Shown: piece after piece, positions 34,340-45,174 of the stretch
Layout of the letters: every line of letters begins with the position of its first letter
How positions within the stretch are numbered: position 1 is the stretch's first letter
Assembly (NCBI GenBank): GCA_016618085.1
Contig: JABLTG010000013.1
Span: forward strand, 124,001 to 188,000
DNA: 64,000 nucleotides
Source of the DNA: Neovahlkampfia damariscottae
Taxonomy: Eukaryota
Reading direction: 5' to 3'
Notes under the pieces: generated by a model
Databases searched by the model: none
Told to the model about the DNA's origin: nothing
Seen by the model: only the letters and a program-made list of their open reading frames with translations
Made by a program: the position numbers and the translations under genes

Positions 34340-35212
34340 TCACATTTTTACAATATCAATAACTTTCGGTATATCAACATCTTCATCTGAATGTTGAATT
34401 GTATTCCACCCCATTCTGATTTTGTAAATATGTTTTGATAATAATGAATCGATTTGTTTGTGTTTAAAACTATTTTTGAATTCATAGATAATCACATCAA
34501 ATTTTTCATTTTGGAATTGATTCAATATCTCTGAATTTTGTCCCTCCAATGAAGGAATAAAAATGAAATTTCTTTTTAATTGAGGATCAAAACAATAATC
34601 ATTCAGGTGATATGACTTTCCATTCCATTCAATTTTTTTATTCTTGATAAACGATGATGTAAGTTTCAAAGGGATTTTCTCATTTTTCATTTTTTCAACA
34701 TTCAACTTTGATGGTAAATATTCTTTGAATTGATAAATTATTTGTGTTTTATTCAAAAAATGTGCGAAAACTCTCCAATCTGTTTTTCCTTGATCTATTG
34801 AAATTTTCACTTCTTGACTGGATTCAATTTCAACAAATTCCATGTTTGAAAATTTAATATAAGTATCTGCCAATTCCAACAAGGTGTCACAATAATGTTT
34901 CAAACCTTTTGGTCCGACAATATAAATTGTCTCTTTTTCTTTACCAACTTGAAGTGGATAACGAAATTGTAACATGGCAAGTAATCCAATAAGTCCATAA
35001 ATATGTGAACCTGTTAATTCAGTAATAAATATTGTTTTAATTTTGTTAAAGTTAAAAGAGTTCAAAATTGATAATTGTGATCCATCATTTACATTTACCA
35101 ACCAAACAGCACCGTTTGAAAATTGTAAAGAAGTCAAGTTGACAGTATTACAGCAATATTTAGTGCACTTGGTGTCATTCAATTTCTGCACGTCGAACTT
35201 TAGTTTGAACAT
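34340..35212 (-). CDS. RNase Z (short form/ELAC1)-like protein lacking metal-binding residues
   Basis: WLVNVNDGSQ, IKTIFITELTGSHIYGLIGLL (cf. IFITHLHGDH..GLPGLL), YIVGPKGL, flexible-arm-like KLNVEKMK..IP, DVIIYE. Confidence 0.75.
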   Translation of the reverse strand: MFKLKFDVQKLNDTKCTKYCCNTVNLTSLQFSNGAVWLVNVNDGSQLSILNSFNFNKIKTIFITELTGSHIYGLIGLLAMLQFRYPLQVGKEKETIYIVGPKGLKHYCDTLLELADTYIKFSNMEFVEIESSQEVKISIDQGKTDWRVFAHFLNKTQIIYQFKEYLPSKLNVEKMKNEKIPLKLTSSFIKNKKIEWNGKSYHLNDYCFDPQLKRNFIFIPSLEGQNSEILNQFQNEKFDVIIYEFKNSFKHKQIDSLLSKHIYKIRMGWNTIQHSDEDVDIPKVIDIVKM

Positions 35213-35320
35213 CAACTTCACTCCAGAAATAAAGCTGATTGGACTGTTGAATACATCAAATTATGGAGTTATTCCATTCTACTTTTTGGCCTAATTAATT
35301 TTTCACTAAAAATCATCTAA

Positions 35321-35391
35321 GCCCCAATAGTTTAGTGGTCGAATATCTCGTTGTGGCCGAGAAGATGCAAGTTCGATTCTTGCTTGGGGCA
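35321..35391 (+). tRNA. tRNA-His(GTG)
   Basis: GCCCCAA/TTGGGGC acceptor with A discriminator, anticodon arm TCTCG-TTGTGGC-CGAGA, T arm GCAAG-TTCGATT-CTTGC, followed by a T-run. Confidence 0.95.
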
Positions 35392-35440
35392 CTCATTTTT
35401 TAGACATGGAGGAATTTCAACTACTGTTAAACCAAATGAT

Positions 35441-36323
35441 TTATTGTTTTAAATTGTGAAAGATTTCATTAACATCAGCATTTGCATCTAATTTTTCCAT
35501 CATTTTGTCAAAAACTTCTACATCCTCCTCATTTGTCAACTCCATCAAATCTTTTGGCTTCATGATAATTTCACAATGTTCAATATTATATTTCTCCTTC
35601 ATATTGGTTTCAATTTCATGAAGATTTTGAACATCACAATAAATCTAAAGAATTAATTTCAATTTTCATTATTACGTTCACTTCTTTGTCAACAACTTCA
35701 AAATCAGATGCACCAAATTGAATTGCATCTTCAATCAACATCTCTTGTTCTTTTTCATTTTCAACTTCAGAAAATGTTAATAAACCAACTTTTTCAAAAG
35801 CCCAATAAGCATCTCCTTGTCCTCCTTGATGATCATTGAATATTTTCCTGACTTCTTGTAATAATCGATTTACATTATCTGTCACACAAAATAAAATAAC
35901 ACCAATACCATCTTTTGAAAAATTGATGTTAGTTATAAATATTTACTTATTCCGTATCCTGAATATTGATATGAAATGAAATTTTTTGCATTTTTTCCTT
36001 CTCCTGATGCAATTGCATTTTCTATTACTTTTTTTGGGATATTTAACTTTTTGGCTTTTTCAATCGCAAAGCGAAGTTTAAAGTTTACATCTATATCCTT
36101 TCCTCCTTCTCTTACACAAGAAGAAATTTCTCTTGATACTTTTCCAGCTATGACTGCGTGCTTCAAAAAAAAAAATGAAAATTTTTCTTCTTAATACTCT
36201 TGGATCATTAACAGCTTTTTGATGTTTAATTTTTGACCACTTGTCTAATAAAAATAAATATTTGATAATAATTTTACTATGACCTGCAAGTGATTGTATT
36301 GTTTGACCAAATCTTTTGAGCAT
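35441..36323 (-). CDS. TACO1: TACO1/YebC-family protein, mitochondrial (four introns)
   Basis: AGH|NKWSKIKHQK, NFKLRFAIEKAK..IPKKVIENAI, YSGYG, TDNVNR, FEKVG, DVNEIFHN. Confidence 0.9.
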
Positions 36324-36439
36324 CAATTGACGAATTAAAAATGGAAAATGAAAGAAATTTGAAATATTTAATTTTCTCAATTTTAGAATTGAAAATGTAG
36401 TTTATATAATTTATTCATTTTTAACCAATAAGCGTTCAC

Positions 36440-37057
36440 ATGTATTCAACTGAGGTTGAAACAGAAACCAATTTCCAAATTTTTTTAAACTTGGTACAAC
36501 CAAAACCAACAACAAATTGTACAAAACATAAAAACTGTTATGAAATGAATAACTTATTTAATTTTTTCGACTTGCCTTATGGAATAGAAATACCTTTAAA
36601 ATTTGAAAATGACAAAATACAAAAAACGTATTTCGTTCCTTGTTTAAGTGCTATTCAAATATATGATGAAAAATCAAATATAATACTAGAGTACTTTGAA
36701 AAATTACGACCAGATTTACGAATACCATTCAACGAAACTATAGAACTTATTTTTGAAAAACAAAAAGACTTACTACAAGAGCATTCTTCAAATTATAATG
36801 AAAAAAGTTGGTACTCTGTAAATTGGAATCCAATTTTATTTGAAAATGGAACAAGTCATGAAATAAAAGGTCAAATTCTGACTTATCATAAAATAACAAC
36901 AAATTCAATGATTTGTTGTTATCCTCACATTTTTAAAAAGAAATTTTGGTTTAAAGAAAATGGTTCAAAAAAAATGAAAGAACAATTTCAAAACTGTCAA
37001 AACTTTTTGAATGAATTAAAAGTTGAACATCCTGATTTGATACATTTAAAAAAATAA
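36440..37057 (+). CDS. DUF789-like protein
   Basis: NFQIFL..VQP, YGIEIPL, YFVPCLSAIQIY, EYFE..P..R.P, SWYSVNWNPI, LTYH, V.HPD. Confidence 0.75.
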   Translation: MYSTEVETETNFQIFLNLVQPKPTTNCTKHKNCYEMNNLFNFFDLPYGIEIPLKFENDKIQKTYFVPCLSAIQIYDEKSNIILEYFEKLRPDLRIPFNETIELIFEKQKDLLQEHSSNYNEKSWYSVNWNPILFENGTSHEIKGQILTYHKITTNSMICCYPHIFKKKFWFKENGSKKMKEQFQNCQNFLNELKVEHPDLIHLKK

Positions 37058-37061
37058 AAAT

Positions 37062-38000
37062 TTATAAAAATTTGAATTCAATTTCAGTTCCAAAATGATC
37101 AGATATGTCATATAATTCTGATAATACCTTCACTTTTGAACATTTTATTCTTTCTAAATCATAAATTACATTATCCAATGAAATTGAATCAAATGAAAAT
37201 GAATAATCAATTCTACCGGAATAGACATATTCATTAGATTGATTATATGAGAAATTCATGTTTGAATCTCTTTCAATACATGTGACTTCCATGTCCAATG
37301 AATTTGATTCACAAAATTCAAAATATAAATCTCTTCTTGATGTCAGAATTGGACAATCTTTAGTGAAATAATTAAATTCTTTGATTGAATCAATATTAAA
37401 ATCACCTGATAAAATTATACTTATTTTTTGTTTTCCATACTTATTGACAATTTTAGTCAATTCTTCTTTAAGGAATAATTCTATTTCTTTTAATTGATTT
37501 TCTTGTGAATGATTAATATTATATGGATCTAAATGAGTACTAACAAGTACTAAATAATCACATTTTAAAGTAGATGAGCTAATATCCAATAAAATCAATT
37601 GAACTCCTTTTTTTGATTTTGTTTCACTGTGTTCAAAAGTTTTTCTTGATTCAAGAATCAATTGAAATTCTTTTTTATATGGAATATATAATCCACCTGT
37701 TTCTGATAAGTAATTTGTTGCTACATTCCAAAGTTCAAATAAAGTACCTCCTATTGGAAATGAAGACCAATTTGAATCAGGTACTCTATGTGTTTCTTGT
37801 AAATTTTTTTGAAAAATTTCAACTTGACAACCCCATTGTTCTTGTAGAATACAAAAATCATATTTTGAGCATAATTTTGAAATTTTTTCTGCTCTTTCGT
37901 CCTGTTTGATACAGTTTCCTTTGGCGAATATTGAAGGCATTAAGAAACAATTGAGTTGTAAAAGTTTGAATGACCTTTCTTCCACCCGTTTTATTTTCAT
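37062..38000 (-). CDS. Endonuclease/exonuclease/phosphatase (sphingomyelinase-like) protein
   Basis: LQLN, ILQEQW, GGL, STHL, SGDFNI, GRIDY, ISDHFG. Confidence 0.85.
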   Translation of the reverse strand: MKIKRVEERSFKLLQLNCFLMPSIFAKGNCIKQDERAEKISKLCSKYDFCILQEQWGCQVEIFQKNLQETHRVPDSNWSSFPIGGTLFELWNVATNYLSETGGLYIPYKKEFQLILESRKTFEHSETKSKKGVQLILLDISSSTLKCDYLVLVSTHLDPYNINHSQENQLKEIELFLKEELTKIVNKYGKQKISIILSGDFNIDSIKEFNYFTKDCPILTSRRDLYFEFCESNSLDMEVTCIERDSNMNFSYNQSNEYVYSGRIDYSFSFDSISLDNVIYDLERIKCSKVKVLSELYDISDHFGTEIEFKFL

Positions 38001-38294
38001 TGTTTTTTTTTCGAAGAAAGACCAATGAAAAAGATTCTATATTTAAACCTTCAATGAAAAAAAATGGAATTTAAGTCCTCTTTTGTTCACTTGATAAAAC
38101 AATCCATTTGCTGCAATTTTAATTTTGATTTTCTTTCAGACATTGAATTGAAAAACGATATACTGTGAAAAATATTCCAAGAAAATTTTAGAATGTCATT
38201 TGTTTTTTGATTGGTCAATGGAACATTAGATTCGAAAGTAAAAATAACTATAAATTTGATTTGACAATCACTTCAACCTCATCAAAACCAAAAA

Positions 38295-39598
38295 ATGGCA
38301 ACAAATTTTATCTTCATTACCAAAATATCCATTGCTAGACAAACTCCTAAAATTAATTTACGAATAACAGCACTTGACCAATTTCAAAAACCAATTGGAA
38401 TTCAAAACCAAATCTCTATTCAAAATTTAGGTAAAAATTAATTTTATAATTAACATAAAATTCAGGACCACAAAACTTTATTCCACAACCTGAATTTCAA
38501 TTTCAAGTTTTAAGAGATTCAACATGTAAATTTGTAAAAGTACTTTTTGAAGAACCTGGAATATTTTCAACAACTGAATTTGGAGCTACCATTTTTGATA
38601 TTTCAGGATTTAAAGAAGATGAATCTACACCATGTGAATTTGATGTTTTTAATTCAAAAAGAGAAATTGTTGGTAGATTTGGTTGTAAAGTTTTAATTCC
38701 TGGAGTAAATTTTCATAAAAGAAAATTTTATCCTTATGCACTATTGAATGAATTTAATTTAACAAGAGTTCATTTTTATCGAGAAATTTATTCAAAAAAT
38801 TTTTTTGATGAAGGTGAATTGACCAATAAATACTTGGGTGGAATGATTCAACAAGTAATACAATTTTGTAATTCAAATAGTTCAATTTTGTATCCAATTG
38901 ATATTGATACTGAATTTGAATCAAATACACCTGCAATTATTGCCACAATAAAATTTAGAAAAAATTTTGTTGAAGAAGCTAAAAGTAGTTATAAAATTCA
39001 ACCAAATCAAAAATTCAAAGAATTAACTTATTCATGTGATTCAAAGGTGTTATTAGATTCAATTTCTGAAAATAAAACAATTGGGCTCCAAGCAAAAGTT
39101 CTTCAACGAGTTAATGTTATGGGTAGTCCAACACTTGATTTTCATCATCAAAATAAAATGGATGGATTGTTTTTTATTGAAAAATTTAAAGATCAAATTA
39201 ATGTTATATCAAAAGATATTGGATTAAGAGCACATCAAGGTTATGGATTTTCATCCTCTCCTGGTCATTCATTCTTTATTATTTGGTATTATGTGTTGAA
39301 TCAACAATCAAATGATAAAAATCAACAACAACAAGTTATAAAACCTCATGTACAATCTCAAATGAACATTAAAACATCTCAACAACCTGGAATGAATTCC
39401 TTAAAAACTCCAAAACAATTCCCTCAAAATGATGAAAAAATTGAAAAGGAAAAAGTTCAATCAACAAGTTCAGATCTTTATCCAAATCCAAATGTAAATC
39501 AAGTTGAGGATTTCACAAAAACATCAAATGAAATTCCTACTCCGAAAGAAGAAAAAGTTGAAAAGTCAGAAGATAAGAAAGTTCAAAGTTTTGAATAA
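38295..39598 (+). CDS. C2-like domain protein, paralog of 26375-27607 (one intron)
   Basis: ATG at 38295, intron ~38431-38466, VLFEEPGIFSTTEFG..IVGRFGCKVLIPG, Q/P-rich tail. Confidence 0.65.
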
Positions 39599-39684
39599 AA
39601 AAGTTATTTTCCATTTCATAAAGATCTAGTATTGTTTGAAAGTTTATCGAAAACTATGAGTGCAATAGAAAACTTTTATTCTTA

Positions 39685-40110
39685 TCAAATGTAGAGATTC
39701 TCACATGAAATATCAAAATTGCATTCAATATTTCCTTTTGAGTAAATATCTTTTACTGAGAGTTGAGATTTGTCAAGGATACAATATTCAACAAATCCAT
39801 TTACTAAATTCCTCCAAGGTGGGTGAATACTTTTACAAGCATCATAACCTTCATTTTGCCATTTTTTACATGTAACTGAAAAAGGCATTTCTTTTACTTT
39901 GTTCATTTTCACTCTAAATGAGAAAACAACATAACCATTGTCGCCTTGAGAGTTCATTCTATGAATAGCAATTGATTCAGCTGCATTTTTGTCAGGAGTC
40001 AAATAGATACCTCTTCCAAGTCTTCTATCTTGTGGACTGTTTTGAAAATCATGTAATATACCTCCTGTAGATATGCCAGATGATCCATGAAAAAGTTCGA
40101 TTGTGGTCAT
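39685..40110 (-). CDS. Gig2-like small ADP-ribosyltransferase-fold protein
   Basis: LFHGSS, LGRGIYLT, VFSFRVKM.KVK, WQNEGYDA, PP, VEYCILD, giving an H-Y-E triad. Confidence 0.75.
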   Translation of the reverse strand: MTTIELFHGSSGISTGGILHDFQNSPQDRRLGRGIYLTPDKNAAESIAIHRMNSQGDNGYVVFSFRVKMNKVKEMPFSVTCKKWQNEGYDACKSIHPPWRNLVNGFVEYCILDKSQLSVKDIYSKGNIECNFDISCENLYI

Positions 40111-40237
40111 TTTTGATGTTTGGATGTTTTTAAAAAATCTATTTATTATTATTAACCTTTGAAATTTCAATATATTTTTAGTCAAAGTGAACTGATTGGA
40201 TGTTTTTCAAGAGAAAAAAACCATTCAGACGTCCATT

Positions 40238-41098
40238 TCAAAATTTTGCCATGAGAAAAGTTGTAACCATTTTGAAACCAATTTGTTGATAAATCTTATT
40301 TGCTGTTGGATTTGATAAATCTGTGAATAAAAACATAAATTTCAAATCAGATTCTTCAAAATATTTTTCACATACTTTTGAAACTAAAACTGAAGCATAA
40401 CCATTTTTTCGATATTTTTTTTCTGTGAAAACTAATTGAACCCTGAGTCCATTTATAGTTTTCCCATTTGCCAAACAGATTGAAACTATATCCCCATTCT
40501 CATTTTCCAATTTGAAAAATCCACCTGAATCAACTTGTCTTTTCATGTCAACGTAAATTTCTTCTTTGGTTCTTTTATCAAAAGGATTTGCTTCATTAAC
40601 GAAAGAAATGCATAATTCAAATATTTCTTCAATATTAGAGCAAACTGAAATCTTCAAGGTTTCTTTTTCATTTTCGTGAATTTTTAAGTCTTGTTTTAAC
40701 AATTGATAAATACCTTCATTCATTAAAACTTCATAATTAATTTTCTTTTTGTTGTTGTATATCATTTGAAAGAGTTCAACATCTTCATTTGAACCTAAAA
40801 CTCCAGGAATTTGAATTTTATTTTCAAACAAATAATCTATCAACAAGTTGTATTTTTTTTCTTTTTCTTGTTTGTCCTCTTTTTTATAGTATAAAATTAA
40901 ATTATGTGGTGGTGTCATTAAGTAAATGGATGAAAATTCTTCTTGATTTTTAATGAGGAAAATGTAAAAAGTTTTATATCTTGTTCCTAAATTTCTAAAT
41001 AGTGCAATGATTAAATTATTTTCAGCTTCATTTTCTTCAAAATATTTTTGATAATCCTTGAAAAGAGTTTTTGGATCATTGATTAATGTTATGTTCAT
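40238..41098 (-). CDS. GNAT acetyltransferase, bacterial-type two-domain
   Basis: EAENNL, RVQLVFTEKKYRKNGYASVLV, FLFTDLSNPTANKIYQQIGF. Confidence 0.88.
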   Translation of the reverse strand: MNITLINDPKTLFKDYQKYFEENEAENNLIIALFRNLGTRYKTFYIFLIKNQEEFSSIYLMTPPHNLILYYKKEDKQEKEKKYNLLIDYLFENKIQIPGVLGSNEDVELFQMIYNNKKKINYEVLMNEGIYQLLKQDLKIHENEKETLKISVCSNIEEIFELCISFVNEANPFDKRTKEEIYVDMKRQVDSGGFFKLENENGDIVSICLANGKTINGLRVQLVFTEKKYRKNGYASVLVSKVCEKYFEESDLKFMFLFTDLSNPTANKIYQQIGFKMVTTFLMAKF

Positions 41099-41277
41099 TC
41101 TGTCAATTGACAAACAACCAATCAAATACTGTATTTATATGTTTAGAAGGTTCAATTGTAAATTTGAATGAAATTGAATTAAATTTTTATTTACAAGTGT
41201 TCTTAAGAATTACTTTTTACATCCAACTAATTGATGTAAAATACATCTGATTTATCAATGAGATCGAAATACAAATT

Positions 41278-43308
41278 TTAGAAAAATTTATAACCATTCA
41301 AATTATTGTTTTGATTATTTTGATGTGATGAAATATCAAAACTAATAGCTCTTCTATGATCATTTTTTAATTTTGAATTTTTTTGAGTTTGACCATTTTG
41401 TTGTTGTTGTTGATTTTCAAATTGTTGATCAAATATTTGATAAGAAACATTTCTTGGTATTTTGGATTGAACTTGTTGATATTGTTCACTTAATGGATCT
41501 TGATCTTCTAATGAACTTTCAACTTTAACTTCATTATCAAAAACATCATCAATATTAAATCCTTTATATGCTTCTTCTAATGAAGTTTCTTCAACCATTT
41601 CATCTAAAATTGAATGAGTTTCTTCATCAGGTGTAGTAAATAAATTATCAACATTTGGAAAATTTGAAGGTGAAAATTTTGAAAATTTGATTGTTGGAGT
41701 ATTTGGTGAAAGTGTTAAATCTTGTGTTGTTGGTGTTAATTGTGAAGATAATGTATGATATGTTAAATTAACATCATCAGGTGTAAATAAAGATGTTTCA
41801 ATTTTTACATCATTTACTTTTTTGTTATCTACTCCATTATTAGTATGAAATTGTTGAGAAATATGAAGTTGTGATTGTAAAGTTGGATGACCAAAATCTA
41901 AACTTTGTGATCGAGTATGTGTATGAAGTGGTTCTAATCTATGAAGTTGTTTAAACTTTTTTCCATTAATTGTTGATGATTCTAAATTTGGAGATCCAAA
42001 ATTCATTGTCATACCAATTTGTTGATTATTTCCACCTCCCATCAATCCTCCACTTCTTTCACTTCCACTTCCACTTCCTGGTCCTTGTTTCTTTTGTTGA
42101 ATTTGCGTGGTATTGGGATAGCTACTGGGATATCCAATTTGTGTGTTATTTGGTGAAATGATATTGAAATTTTGTTGAATTTTACGTGGAGAACTTTGTT
42201 GAGTAATTGTTGGTTGTTGATTTGACAAATAAGGACGTAAATTTGTTTGACCAAACAATTGTTGGTTCTGTTGAGTTTGATTTTGTTGTTGAGTTTGTTG
42301 TTGATACATTGGATAGATTGTTTGTTGTTGTTGGTTGGACAACATTTGAATTTCAGGTTGAAATGGTTTGTTTGTTTGATTTACAAATTGTTGTTGTAAA
42401 ACTTGTTCTGAAGGTGATTTTTGAACTTGTTTTGATTTATCAACTGTACCATAAAATTGTTCCATCTTGGAATTATTTCCTTGATAAAAAACTGAGTCAC
42501 TTAAACTTCTTTGATGTCTATTTTGAATGGATTCAAAATGAAGTGATTCTTTTCTTGTTTTTCTTTGACGTCTTGTACTTCTATTTCCTTTTTTTGTTCT
42601 TGCCATTAATGAGTTGAAATGGTTTTTAACTGAGTTATCAGTTCTACCTGGTAAGAGTTTTGCAATTTCTGCCCATTTGTTTCCTAACAGTGATTGTTGT
42701 TCAATTAAGAGTTTTTCTTCATCTTCTGACCAAGGTGTTTTTTTTATATCAGGACTTAAATGATTGTACCATCTAGTCAAACTTTTTTAATTTTATTTCT
42801 TTTTTTTACCTTTCACGACATTGTTTACCAATACGTCCATTTAAGTGAGAAGCTATTTGTGTCCAGTTTTCAGCTCCATAAGTATTTACTAAATTTACAA
42901 TAATGTCATCCTTTAAAAAAAAAAAAGGGTAAGAAATGGAATTCTCCTTACTTCTTCTTTTGTCCATGGTCCTTTTATTAAAGTTGGGTTTAAAACTTTT
43001 TGCCATCTATGTAAACATTGAACTCCAGTGCGACCATTCAAATGTTCGGCAATTTTCTTCCAGTTTTTTCCACCATATTTTTCAACGGCATCTGTTAATA
43101 GTACATCTTCTTCTTCTGACCATCCTCCTTTCTTTGAACGGCGGACAGGACCAGTTCTTCTTTCTCTTTCAAATTTTTTGTCTCCAAATTCACCGCTGTC
43201 ACTTAACGGTGTTGTGTCCTCTTCTTCAGAGTTTTGACTTGCAGTATCACTGAGTGATTTACAATAATCAGTTGATTCTAAGCCCATAATTTCGACAGTA
43301 TCTGACAT
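41278..43308 (-). CDS. Three-repeat MYB (3R-MYB) transcription factor (two introns)
   Basis: R1 [15 protein letters not shown]2 [22 protein letters not shown]3 [33 protein letters not shown], then a Q/N-rich tail. Confidence 0.93.
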
Positions 43309-43607
43309 GGTGTTCAATTTGGCTCAAAAATTTGCTTCTTTTATAAGTGTTTATGATTGGTTAACAATGTACCGGTTACCAATAACATTACAAGATTTTT
43401 TTTTCAGTTGGAAACACTTCTAAAGAATAGATTTCAACATTTTTCATAAAATTGAAGAAATTTGATGATTGACAATTTTGCTGTCCAAAAAAAACGTCAG
43501 CCCCATTTCATGTTTTCTGTTTGTGAGAAAAATTCCTTTCATTTTCACCTAAAATGTGTTGCTTCAGCTGTCCATTTGATCCGAATAGTAAAAAAAAAAA
43601 ATTTGAT

Positions 43608-43631
43608 GATTGGATAAATGACAACCAATCA
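43608..43631. promoter_or_regulatory. Paired CCAAT boxes (GATTGG / CCAATCA) in the divergent MYB-AKR promoter; example of a window-wide motif
   Basis: GATTGG at 43608 and CCAATCA at 43625, 23-46 nt before the AKR ATG. The same motif precedes most start codons in the window. Confidence 0.65.
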
Positions 43632-43653
43632 GTTGTTTTTCTAAATTTAGCTG

Positions 43654-44584
43654 ATGAAAAAAACTCTCGAACAAACCACAAAACTCAACAATGGAAATGA
43701 AATACCACTTTTTGGACTGGGAACATTCAAAACGAAAGAAGAAACAACTTATGAATCAGTTAAAAATGCTATTTCAATTGGTTATAAATTAATTGACACC
43801 GCAAGACAATATAAAAATGAACAACAAGTTGGAAAAGCAATAAAAGATTCAAAAGTTGAAAGAAAAGATATATTCGTAGTTTCAAAAATTAATTTTGATG
43901 AACATGGTTTTGAGAAGACTGTTTCGTGTGTAGATGATAGTTTGAAAAATCTTCAACTTGATTACATAGATTTAATGTTAATACATTGGCCTGGTCAAAA
44001 TGATGATGATTTTTCAAAAGATGAAACTAATCCAAAAATGAGAAAAGAAACTTATCAAGCTTTAGAAAAATGTCAAAAAGATGGAAAACTCAAAAACATT
44101 GGAGTTAGCAAGTAAATAAGCAAAAATTACTTATATTTCTTTTGCAGTTATTCAATCAATCATTTGAAAGAATTACTGGAATTTGCTGAAATTAAACCAA
44201 CAATCAATCAAATTGAATTTTCTCCTTTTTTGAATCAAATAGAAGATTTTGGATTTTGTAAAAAAAATGGAATTCAAATTATGGCTTATGCTCCTCTTGG
44301 AAATGGTCAATTATTAGAAAATGATATGGTCTTGGAAATTGCTCAAAAATTAAAAAAAACAACTGCTCAAGTTTTATTAAAATGGAGTTTACAACAAGGT
44401 TTAATTGTGATTCCAAAAGTATGTAAAACTATTTTATTCATATTTTTTGAAGACAACTAAATTAGAAAGAATGAAAGAAAACGCAAATCTTGATGATTGG
44501 AAAATAGATGAAGAAGAATTAAAAAATATGGAAAATTTAAATTTTGGTGCAAGAATGTTCTGGGATCCAAATGGTGTTTTATAA
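43654..44584 (+). CDS. Aldo-keto reductase (two introns)
   Basis: IPLFGLGTF, IDTARQY.NE, VVSK, YIDLMLIHWP, IGVS, NQIEFSP, VIPK, WDP. Confidence 0.93.
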
Positions 44585-44775
44585 ATTAAATTATTTTTTT
44601 TTTCTGATTGGTAATTGCTTTGAAAGATTAAAAGGAAAACTCTCATCGTCAATAGTTTCTAAGAAATCATTCCATCGACAAAATTCCTGTTTAAACAATT
44701 TGGAAGTTAAAACAATTTGTGAAATCAACCAATAGAGTTCATTTTTTCTTTCAACAATTCTTTCACCACTCCAAA

Positions 44776-45024
44776 ATGAACAACAAAAAAAAGATAGGAC
44801 TAGAAGCATGGAGAGCTCTGAGAAGAGAATGGACAAGAAAACCAACCAATTTTAAACCAGCTTCAAAGAAAATAGATTCTGATAGAGTTTTAGATGAACT
44901 TGAAGATTATCCAGATTGTCCACCTCAGTATTCACCTACTGTACCACTAAATGATATGGTGCTCATCATACAACAATACTGGAAAAATCAAGAAGAGGCA
45001 GAAAAATTTGTCGGTAAATTGTGA
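44776..45024 (+). CDS. Small DUF4050/Gag1-like clamp protein
   Basis: GLEAWRALRREW and VPLNDMVLIIQQYW motifs. Confidence 0.65.
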   Translation: MNNKKKIGLEAWRALRREWTRKPTNFKPASKKIDSDRVLDELEDYPDCPPQYSPTVPLNDMVLIIQQYWKNQEEAEKFVGKL

Positions 45025-45031
45025 CGGGGTT

Positions 45032-45076
45032 TCCTAATTATTGGAGGTCTATGTGTATTAATTCCAATAATTAGGA
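45032..45076. repeat. 14-bp perfect inverted repeat (hairpin)
   Basis: TCCTAATTATTGGA (45032-45045) and TCCAATAATTAGGA (45063-45076) with a 17-nt spacer. Confidence 0.85.
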
Positions 45077-45174
45077 TATTACTCATTTAAATAAATATTT
45101 GTATTTACAACCTTCGAAGTTTCTTGAAGAACCAATCAAACCCAATTTTTGTTTGCTCCAAAAGATAAACCAGA

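Noticed and set aside
35320..35321. tRNA-His lacks an encoded G-1
   Set aside because: Normal for eukaryotes, where G-1 is usually added post-transcriptionally by Thg1.
41380..42400. TTG/CAA and TTCCAC short repeats
   Set aside because: They encode poly-Gln and GSGSGS low-complexity tracts of the MYB protein; not a repeat array or CRISPR.
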